The notes beneath the pieces are model-generated. The model made no database searches and was not told where the DNA came from. It saw only the letters and a program-made list of their open reading frames with translations. Shown in pieces: positions 9,772 through 17,181 of a DNA stretch of 64,000 nucleotides. The translations under genes and the position numbers were made by a program. The stretch is from Flavobacteriales bacterium (GTDB taxonomy: Bacteria > Bacteroidota > Bacteroidia > Flavobacteriales_D > Sanyastnellaceae), in NCBI GenBank assembly GCA_947442505.1, contig CANEVR010000001.1, positions 30,305 through 94,304 on the forward strand, in the 5' to 3' direction. Within the stretch, counting starts at the first letter, position 1, and every line of letters starts with the position of its first letter.

Positions 9772-11056
9772 TCACCTCAGTGCTTTTGGTTTCTGTTGTC
9801 TCAGTGTTGGTCAATTGAACCTCTACCCTTCTATTCAATGCTCTGCCCTCTACCGTGTCATTGGTCGTTCTTGGCTGACTTTCTCCCTTGCCGACTGCCT
9901 GCACCCGCGCACCATCCACTCCAAAACTCAGCAATACCTTTTTCACCGTCTCGGCACGCGCCTGGGACAAATTCAAATTGGCGGTTGCATCCCCCACATT
10001 ATCTGTATGTCCCACAATGGTGGCCTGCACCTTTGGATGCTCATTCAGATACTCTGCCAGTTGCTGAATGCTGCTGATGGAGTATGGAAGCAAATTGGCA
10101 CTGTTGGTATAGAATTGTACGTTGGGCAATTCAATGGCCTCTGTCTTTGAAATCGTTGTGGTATCCTTAAATTTCTTGATGATGTCTTCTTTGGATTTTT
10201 CATCCACATAAACTGTGTCATGAATCACCCGCGGACCCTGTGTACGTTCCATTTGATCCGAACATCCTTTCAATAAGCTAAACAACAAAAGCAAAAGCGC
10301 CAATAGTCCTAAAATACCACAACCTATTTTTCCGCAGCCACCTTGCAAGCAGCCTCCTCCGACTCCACCGGCACTCAAACATCCACCTGGCCCAGCTCCT
10401 ATGCCGCCAGGAGACAACATCATGCCCAAAGGACCACAACCCCGACGCTGTGATAATCGAGAAACGGAACCCATACAGCCCTTGCGTGATTGAAGCAATG
10501 TATCTCGATCAGCAATCAATTTCAATTGGTCTTCCTTCTCCTTTTCAGACCATTGGGGAATGGCACAATATCCTTGCCCCTGCAACCGGCCATGCCATAA
10601 ACCCTCTTTGTAGGCCAAAAACTCAAACCCTTGGTAGGCATTGCCTGCTGCATTGGGCGCAAACTCCACATAGATTTCCGAAGCCACTTCTTTGGTCGCT
10701 ACCGTTTTTCTTTCCAGCTCTATGGGATGGGATTCTTCCAGCAAAACATGGGGCTCGACTTGGAAAGGAGTATCCTGAGAAACATGACGCAGATGTTGTT
10801 CTTTTTGCCAATCAACCACTGAAGCGGATAAGCGATTGTCCTTGGCCTTAAAATATTCTTCCTTGGAAATTTCAGATTCAACAACCAATCGGAAACGTTG
10901 CTCCAATTGAATGGGCGCATGTTTGTATACACCGCCCATGGTTTGGGCTTTCTCAGCAATGAATTGCGAGAAAAAAACACCTTTGTAATATTTGATTTTA
11001 ACCTCTTCCATCACAATGCCTTGACCCATTGGTTCCAAGAAACGTCGGTTCCCCAT
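9764..11056 (-). CDS. single-pass membrane protein with a C-terminal OmpA-like peptidoglycan-binding domain
   Basis: The C-terminus (NVQFYTNSANLLPYS...LNEHPKVQATIVGHTDNVGDATANLNLSQARAETVKKVL...GESQP...GRALNRRVEVQL) is a canonical OmpA/MotB-type domain. It is preceded by a Gly/Cys-rich stretch and the TM helix ILGLLALLLLLFSLL. The more likely start is ATG 11011 (MEEVKIKYY), which overlaps the upstream TGA by 1 nt (TGATG). Confidence 0.85.
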   Translation of the reverse strand: MGNRRFLEPMGQGIVMEEVKIKYYKGVFFSQFIAEKAQTMGGVYKHAPIQLEQRFRLVVESEISKEEYFKAKDNRLSASVVDWQKEQHLRHVSQDTPFQVEPHVLLEESHPIELERKTVATKEVASEIYVEFAPNAAGNAYQGFEFLAYKEGLWHGRLQGQGYCAIPQWSEKEKEDQLKLIADRDTLLQSRKGCMGSVSRLSQRRGCGPLGMMLSPGGIGAGPGGCLSAGGVGGGCLQGGCGKIGCGILGLLALLLLLFSLLKGCSDQMERTQGPRVIHDTVYVDEKSKEDIIKKFKDTTTISKTEAIELPNVQFYTNSANLLPYSISSIQQLAEYLNEHPKVQATIVGHTDNVGDATANLNLSQARAETVKKVLLSFGVDGARVQAVGKGESQPRTTNDTVEGRALNRRVEVQLTNTETTETKSTEVNE

Positions 11057-11889
11057 TCACGCTGCTTGGTTTGTTTTAATATTGAATTGAAAGGTGCATC
11101 TTCATAGGGACTGAGGTCTTGCAACCTTTTGGAGTAAAAAGGGAAACGTTGGCTCAGCCGCAATTGACTCTCTTCTAAAGTCTCCGCATAATCGATTTGA
11201 ATATCTCGAATGGCTTTTTCAGATGCACGCTGAGCATACACAAAACTTTTGTTGTGTTTGATAACAACCATGAAAAAGAAAGGAAAAGCCACCATGATCA
11301 TCCAAAAACCAATCTCAGCGCGCTTTCCCGCATTTGACCACCATTGACGAAACACATAAAATGGATAATTGGCCTGCAGCAATTCTCTTTTCAAAGCCAC
11401 CGACATGTTGCTCTGTCCACCTTGTTTTTCAGCTGAAGCTTGAAAAACCTCCATTCGCTTCTGGCGATTCATGTCCTGAGAAGATGTGTGATGAAAAGCG
11501 CTGACCAGAGGAAAGGCCATGGAAACGGCAATGCATCCCACAAAAATCCAACGGACACCATTGGCAAAAGTGAACCATGAGCCGAAGGCAAGCACTTTCT
11601 TCCAGCGAGAAGCCTTCACCAAGGATACTTCATTCTTCTTGACCAATGGAAGAGAAATCATGGTAATGATGGCAATGCGCAAAATAGAGAAATGAATAAA
11701 CCCCATTAAAAACGCCATGGACACCACACCCAACCAAGACGCTGTCATCATCCAACCAAAATAACCATTGGACACTATAGACAGAACAATTACCGCCACA
11801 AACGACCATATGGTACAATGGTACATGAATCGTTCATTGCCGGATAACTGCGCAAACAAATCAGGATCTAACCCAATGATTTTCTTCAT
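11011..11889 (-). CDS. polytopic membrane protein, possibly a diverged DUF4407-like protein
   Basis: 292-aa ORF with at least five hydrophobic helices. The N-terminus (LDPDLFAQLSGNERFMYHCTIWSFVAVIVLS) resembles the start of DUF4407 proteins. ATGA overlap with the upstream gene at 11886..11889. Confidence 0.65.
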   Translation of the reverse strand: MKKIIGLDPDLFAQLSGNERFMYHCTIWSFVAVIVLSIVSNGYFGWMMTASWLGVVSMAFLMGFIHFSILRIAIITMISLPLVKKNEVSLVKASRWKKVLAFGSWFTFANGVRWIFVGCIAVSMAFPLVSAFHHTSSQDMNRQKRMEVFQASAEKQGGQSNMSVALKRELLQANYPFYVFRQWWSNAGKRAEIGFWMIMVAFPFFFMVVIKHNKSFVYAQRASEKAIRDIQIDYAETLEESQLRLSQRFPFYSKRLQDLSPYEDAPFNSILKQTKQREWGTDVSWNQWVKAL

Positions 11890-13127
11890 GCCTTGGGCGT
11901 TGTGTTGTCCTCTTGGTAGAAACGTTCAGGGTGATCATTCAACTCTTTGACTTTCTTTTGCGACCACACCCCAATAATCTTCTTGGACAAATCTTCTTGG
12001 GCCTTCAATTTTTCGACTTTTTCTTTTCGGTCATTTTCGACTTCCAAGAAATTGGTCTTTTCAATCAACACCATGCCATTGCGACCTTCAAAAATTTGGT
12101 CCTCTTTCACAATACCATTCTTCACATACATTCTGTAGTTGTAATTTTCAACCATGTAATCGTATGGTCCTTTGTTCATCATCATCTTGAAGAAAATAGG
12201 ACCCATCTCGATGGACAAGAAAATGAGGGTTAGGGCTATACCCAAACCAAAGCCGATTTCATGTGCAATTTCGATGCGCTCCAATAAACCATCCAGATTC
12301 TCTGCGTTCTTTTTATTATCAACGTTCAATTCCTTTTCTTGATCCGCCAACTTCTGATCCCGTTGTTTTTTAAGACCACTCAATTCTGCAGCATGCTTTT
12401 GATCATAGGCTTGAACATCTTTGATTTTCTCATTCTTAAAAACCTCTAGCTGCTTGGCTCTAGGACCGTAACCTGCCTCACCTGCTCTTCCTTGCATTTG
12501 ATCCAAATATTCCTGCTCTGCATCTTTTTGACGTTGAACCAGCACGTTGCGATCGTCCTCCAATTTCTTGATGTCCTTATCGATCAGGATAATTTGCTCT
12601 TTGAACTTGGCATAGGTATTCTTGTTGAACTCGTCCAATTTCTCTTGTTGCTTTTTACGCAACTCCACATTGATTTCGGTCTCGATGATTTTCAATTCCA
12701 GTGGTTTGGAAATCGTAATACCCAGAATCAAGGCAATGATCAAACGAGGAACGGCTTGACCAAATTCTTTTAGTGTGATGCTATCCGTTCCATCCCCTTT
12801 ACCGGTGCTGGAGACGATGAAGCGATCGAGATTAAAAATCAATGCGCCCCAGCACAAACCAAAAACGGCCGAACCAATCATCCACCCTGTTGAAGAGACA
12901 TCATCCCCGGCCATGCCTTTGGGACCAAAAGCGGTATTGAAAGCGAAACCTCCCGCAAAGGTGGCCAATAGACCGGTAGAAAAAACAATGCCGCCAATTC
13001 CTGCATATTTGACGCGGTCTTGGGCCGGAGAGCGCATCAGGAAAAACTGATCGGCACCTGCGCACCACCACAAAAAACGGGTGATGAAATTGACTTTTTG
13101 TGTGGGATATTCTTGTTGATTAATCAT
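11886..13127 (-). CDS. DUF4407 family membrane protein with a central coiled coil
   Basis: Motifs FLWWCAGADQFFLMRSPAQDRVKYAGIGGIVFSTGLLA, NLDRFIV and PRLIIALILGITISKPLEL, followed by a ~150-aa Lys/Glu/Gln-rich coiled coil and another TM helix. I chose the start at ATG 13127 (MINQQEY) because it forms an ATGA overlap with the upstream ORF stop (13124..13127). The longest ORF reaches 13211. Confidence 0.8.
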   Translation of the reverse strand: MINQQEYPTQKVNFITRFLWWCAGADQFFLMRSPAQDRVKYAGIGGIVFSTGLLATFAGGFAFNTAFGPKGMAGDDVSSTGWMIGSAVFGLCWGALIFNLDRFIVSSTGKGDGTDSITLKEFGQAVPRLIIALILGITISKPLELKIIETEINVELRKKQQEKLDEFNKNTYAKFKEQIILIDKDIKKLEDDRNVLVQRQKDAEQEYLDQMQGRAGEAGYGPRAKQLEVFKNEKIKDVQAYDQKHAAELSGLKKQRDQKLADQEKELNVDNKKNAENLDGLLERIEIAHEIGFGLGIALTLIFLSIEMGPIFFKMMMNKGPYDYMVENYNYRMYVKNGIVKEDQIFEGRNGMVLIEKTNFLEVENDRKEKVEKLKAQEDLSKKIIGVWSQKKVKELNDHPERFYQEDNTTPKA

Positions 13128-13726
13128 ATGGTTTGAATAAATTGACGAATAAAAATTTCTGGATTTACATTTTCCTCTAGGGCCTGTTCGCTCAATTCTC
13201 CCACTGGCCAATCACATGCCACAGAAGGGGGACTGGCTATATCGTTCAATTGACACTGAGGCAAAACCCAATCGGTAGATGGCGTAACAACATGACAAGG
13301 GGGAATAGTTTCGGGAGTCGCAATTGGGGCCGTTCTGCAAGACACATCAAGGAACTGAGGTTCATGTTCAGCCATCGACCAATCCGACGGCAACACTTCC
13401 AAATGTTGCACCTCCCAACGCACCACTTTTCTTTTGGGAAAAGAAATGAGAAAAGGAAAGAAGAACAAGGTGGCTCTGGGAGAATTAAAATTGGCCAGGT
13501 TCTGAAATTGGTCGTTGCCTTTTTTGACAAACCACCTTTTAAATCGATATCCTCTTCCTGGTCTTTTGTACCAGGGCTTAGACTGCCCATTGCGATAGTA
13601 GACCAACACCCACCGAGCATCAGAGGTCCATGACAAAGTAAAAAGTTTGTCGTGAAAGCAATGCGAAGGGGCATCGATCTGTCTCATCATGAACTCAAAT
13701 AAACAAAATTCGATGAAAAAAGACAA
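13124..13726 (-). CDS. hypothetical protein (up to 200 aa), first gene of the coupled operon
   Basis: The ORF's TGA overlaps the ATG of the DUF4407 gene (ATGA), which supports this frame over the alternative ORF 13246..13674. The start may be the MMRQ methionines at ~13690. No recognised domain. Confidence 0.5.
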   Translation of the reverse strand: MSFFIEFCLFEFMMRQIDAPSHCFHDKLFTLSWTSDARWVLVYYRNGQSKPWYKRPGRGYRFKRWFVKKGNDQFQNLANFNSPRATLFFFPFLISFPKRKVVRWEVQHLEVLPSDWSMAEHEPQFLDVSCRTAPIATPETIPPCHVVTPSTDWVLPQCQLNDIASPPSVACDWPVGELSEQALEENVNPEIFIRQFIQTI

Positions 13727-13857
13727 CTTAAGTTATAAACAAAAAAAATAGCGAGGAGAAAATTAAAGATCCCTATTCGACAGTATTTGATCTTACAACT
13801 CAACCGATCCAGATAAATCAACATTTGCAGCACAACGATTCCTTCCAGAATTTTAAT

Positions 13858-16800
13858 TTACTCCTTGATGCATAAAACTGGGAAACCCATTCCCCTGGGG
13901 TAAGATTCCCGTATCATTTTATCCGTCCTCATTTCATATGCATATCCATTTAAACGACCTTCAGAAGAAGTCCACCAAGCGTGATTGGGCGAAATACTAA
14001 AAGTACCCGTTTCTTTTCTTCTAGATCCAAGATTCCAACCCTTTGAAGCCGCTAATTTTTCTTTAGCCACTTCTTCATCTCCAAAGAATGTGATAAGATT
14101 TGACCAGTCCTGAGCATCCGCTATTCGCCATCCATGTGGAGCCAATCCACGCTCGTCATTAACCGCATACCAATTGTATAACCTTCCTTCTTCTTTGCCA
14201 ATAGACTCATCATTCTTGTAGTAACACCATGCAGGTTGTCCTTCTTCGTTTGCCTTGACCCAATCCGATTTGTCTTTGGCATGAGGTATCAGGTCTCCAT
14301 TTCTAAAAACCGCATTATCTAAATTATCTTGAGCCCAAAAGACATCAGTCTGACCTTTCATTTTTTTCCCTAAAGGAATTTTAACGGTAGCCATGTTTTC
14401 CGGCTCCATGTCCAACTGACTCGGCGCTTTGCCTTTTGTGATTTTCTTCTTTTCGACCTCATTCACACTCTCCTTTGTGGGAACAGGCGGCTGGATATCT
14501 AATGAAATATTGGGGACATTTGGTCGATTAGCAATATTATTTAACTCACCATGTTGACTTTCTGAACCCGAGTTGGATTTTGGTGTCTCACTTTTTTTCA
14601 ATGGAGTCTCGCTTGCCTTAAGAATTTCCTTATTGAATTTAATGGTGTAGTGCTGAAAAACTTTAGGAACATTTGGAAGAGGGTTCCAAATCCTGAAGGA
14701 GGGCTCTTCAGTCCATTTATAATTGGATTTATAAAATGGTACCTTAAGTTCCCTTGAATTTAGTTTGCCTCCAGCTGAGCGTATTGTCGTGTTAATTTTA
14801 ACATCTTCTCTCTCCATATAATCCTTTATATCTCGTTTGGATTGCTTTAACTTGCTGTCCACCCAGTTTATTAAAACCTTCACATCTTCAGGACATTCAT
14901 CTTCAAGGTCTAGGGAAAGCTTAAATAAATCCTCATAAAATTCATTTACTCTGCCCAAAGCACCTTTTGCCATAGCGATATTATAACGTGCAATCAAAAC
15001 ATAATTTCTGAAATATTTTACTTTTTCCCAAAATTCAATTGCCAGAGGAAAATCCTCTGAATAAAAAGAAATCGCACCAAATAAAAAATTATGACGATCT
15101 TTATCCCAAATAATATTGGATTCTTCAAATAAAATTCTGTTAAACCTTTTGGTTTCGATAATCTTTTCCTCAATCCCATCAATTTCCCTTGAGATGACAT
15201 GTAGTAATAAAATATCTTCCAAATAAAAAATCTCATTCAAATGAGACAATAAAAAAATCTCTTGATTTTTAGATTGATGATCTACAATTCCCTTTTTGAA
15301 CTTATCCCTTCTCCCATTGAAATAAGCATACTCCTCACGAATACTGGACCGATAATCCCAAATCATATTTTCCGAATCACCTGAGCCCAACTTTTTCATC
15401 TTTAGAAAAATTAAATTCCGCCTTATAACTATTGCCTTAAAATCAGAAATTTCATCCATTAATATCAATGAGTTTATCCAATTCTCTTCGTTGTAATTAA
15501 GATGAACCCCTACAATTTCTGCAAACTCCACATTCTTCATTTCACCTATAATTTGAGTCAAACCAAACACATTTGAATTCTTATTCAATTGCGTTGAAAT
15601 CGTAGTAATAAAAAACTTGATTCGTCTAATTCCAACATTTTCAATTAGTAGTTCTTTAAACCTTAGCTTGAGAATATTCAAAGAATAATATGCAAATAAT
15701 ATTACCAAGAAGATTACGGACCCAATTGCAAAATAAATATCAAGCAGCAAAAAAACTCCCACAGAAACACTAAGAAAAGCTGAAAATGAAAGAAGCATCC
15801 TTAACTTTCTTTCCAAGTTGAATCTATTTATATCAAATAATTTTAACAGTTGCCAACCAATACCAAAATCTGGTGCCAAATAAAAATACTGTGGTAGAAA
15901 ACTAATAACCATCCTAAAAAACAAATTGTATTGCACCTTATCTTTTCTTTTCACAGCATCATGAAATAAAAAAACAATCGATTCGTAAACGACACCCACC
16001 AATATTTTAGCCTCTTCATTTGATAGAACCGAAAAATCGGAATTGCGCAATTCAATGATTCTGTTGTGAAAGAAAATGAGAGATTCACGATCCGATACAT
16101 TCTTCAGTTTAGCGCTTAACCCAGACCCAAAATCATAATCTGAAATTTGTTCATCTTTTTCAATTTGCAATTCTTTTTCTAATTTCCTTGCTACCAGCAT
16201 CTCCTCATACCACTGTTGAATACCAACTTTCTCATCTTCCATCATTTCTTCCAAAGCAGCAGTTTTACTTTTGAGGTAATTCAAATAAATGGGGTTGGCC
16301 ATTTTTTTCCAATCTTCATAAGGAAATCCTGATAAATCAGTAATATTATCAACCTCAATTGTCTGAGATTCCGAACTCAAATAATTTTGAAATACGCCTT
16401 TGTCTCCATTCCGTTGATTCCAAAATACCAAAGAGTAATTGAGTCCCATGTCATCCTCACTTCTGATTCCTAAGACAAATGGCATCAGGCATAATTCGCT
16501 ACCGTCCAAAGACCATTCTTCATTGTTATAGACTGAATCAGGTTTAATGACAATAAAGTGTTGATTTAAATTGGACAGACCTTTTGTATTGATAATTCTC
16601 GCAGCGCTTATCTCATTCGCGTCAGCCACAATCAAGCTTGTTTTCTTGTAAAACGGAGAATTAAGGATAATTTCAAAACAAGTTTTAATCTCTGAGATAT
16701 GATCCTTGTTCAATACAATGGAAGCATGTGCATCTTGATTACGAATCTTAATCAATTTTTGCAAATACTCCTGGGTTTGATCATAATTTTTAGCAAAATC

Positions 16801-17100
16801 AGTCCATAAAGAGTTTTCTTCCTGTGATTTCAGTATGATCCTATTGACCATAGTCGACATGGCATTACAAAAGCCCAATGACGGTGGCTTTTGATACATT
16901 TGAACCAATTGAACCCTCAGGTTCATAGGAATCTCACTTTTCAGCTCCTTTAGCAACCATCCAGTATGAAAAGCAGCATTGAACTTAACACAAGCCTCCA
17001 GTAAACCTTTAAACATATTTTTTTGTACATCTATACTTTTTGACCTTCGTAACTCTTGGAAAGCAGCATGGAAAGGATACTCTATTCTGATTTTACTCAT
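13858..17100 (-). CDS. 1080-aa protein: N-terminal HEPN-like module, central TM hairpin, helical region, C-terminal FISUMP domain
   Basis: The N-terminal module is paralogous to those of the two STAND genes (PPSLGFC ... IKIRNQDAHAS, with R120-x4-H125 at nt 16726..16743). Two adjacent TM helices lie near aa 435-480 (LLSFSAFLSVSVGVFLLLDIYFAIGSVIFLVILFAYY). The C-terminus has FWAQDNLDNAVFRNGD, PAWCYYKND, GRLYNWYAVNDERGLAPHGWRIADAQDW and GFPVLCIKE. No P-loop seen. Confidence 0.85.
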   Translation of the reverse strand: MSKIRIEYPFHAAFQELRRSKSIDVQKNMFKGLLEACVKFNAAFHTGWLLKELKSEIPMNLRVQLVQMYQKPPSLGFCNAMSTMVNRIILKSQEENSLWTDFAKNYDQTQEYLQKLIKIRNQDAHASIVLNKDHISEIKTCFEIILNSPFYKKTSLIVADANEISAARIINTKGLSNLNQHFIVIKPDSVYNNEEWSLDGSELCLMPFVLGIRSEDDMGLNYSLVFWNQRNGDKGVFQNYLSSESQTIEVDNITDLSGFPYEDWKKMANPIYLNYLKSKTAALEEMMEDEKVGIQQWYEEMLVARKLEKELQIEKDEQISDYDFGSGLSAKLKNVSDRESLIFFHNRIIELRNSDFSVLSNEEAKILVGVVYESIVFLFHDAVKRKDKVQYNLFFRMVISFLPQYFYLAPDFGIGWQLLKLFDINRFNLERKLRMLLSFSAFLSVSVGVFLLLDIYFAIGSVIFLVILFAYYSLNILKLRFKELLIENVGIRRIKFFITTISTQLNKNSNVFGLTQIIGEMKNVEFAEIVGVHLNYNEENWINSLILMDEISDFKAIVIRRNLIFLKMKKLGSGDSENMIWDYRSSIREEYAYFNGRRDKFKKGIVDHQSKNQEIFLLSHLNEIFYLEDILLLHVISREIDGIEEKIIETKRFNRILFEESNIIWDKDRHNFLFGAISFYSEDFPLAIEFWEKVKYFRNYVLIARYNIAMAKGALGRVNEFYEDLFKLSLDLEDECPEDVKVLINWVDSKLKQSKRDIKDYMEREDVKINTTIRSAGGKLNSRELKVPFYKSNYKWTEEPSFRIWNPLPNVPKVFQHYTIKFNKEILKASETPLKKSETPKSNSGSESQHGELNNIANRPNVPNISLDIQPPVPTKESVNEVEKKKITKGKAPSQLDMEPENMATVKIPLGKKMKGQTDVFWAQDNLDNAVFRNGDLIPHAKDKSDWVKANEEGQPAWCYYKNDESIGKEEGRLYNWYAVNDERGLAPHGWRIADAQDWSNLITFFGDEEVAKEKLAASKGWNLGSRRKETGTFSISPNHAWWTSSEGRLNGYAYEMRTDKMIRESYPRGMGFPVLCIKE

Positions 17101-17113
17101 GATATATTAATCT

Positions 17114-17121
17114 TACATTTG
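17114..17121 (+). promoter_or_regulatory. candidate Bacteroidota -7 promoter box (TAcaTTTG) for the 17182 gene
   Basis: Exact match to the TAnnTTTG consensus, 60 nt upstream of the ATG, in the 81-nt divergent intergenic region. Motif match only. Confidence 0.3.
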
Positions 17122-17181
17122 TAAATATAGTGAATCGAAAAAGATAAGATTCTCTATAAAACGAATACCCACATTTTAAAA

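Noticed and set aside
13246-13674. Alternative 142-aa minus-strand ORF overlapping 13124..13726
   Set aside because: The other frame ends in an ATGA overlap with the DUF4407 start, which is good evidence of coupling. This frame has no such junction and no recognisable features.
7768-13726. Zorya-type defence system (membrane coiled-coil protein plus OmpA/MotB-like anchor)
   Set aside because: I recognised no MotA/ExbB-like ZorA and no ZorC/ZorD-type (or ZorE) components. DUF4407 topology differs from ZorA. The resemblance is only in general logic, so I report it as an undescribed operon rather than as Zorya.
631-17100. Diversity-generating retroelement targeting the lectin-like FISUMP/DUF1566 C-termini
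   Set aside because: I saw no reverse transcriptase ORF (no YxDD-type motif) anywhere in the window and no obvious template/variable repeat pair. It cannot be excluded without a computational repeat search, but it is unsupported.
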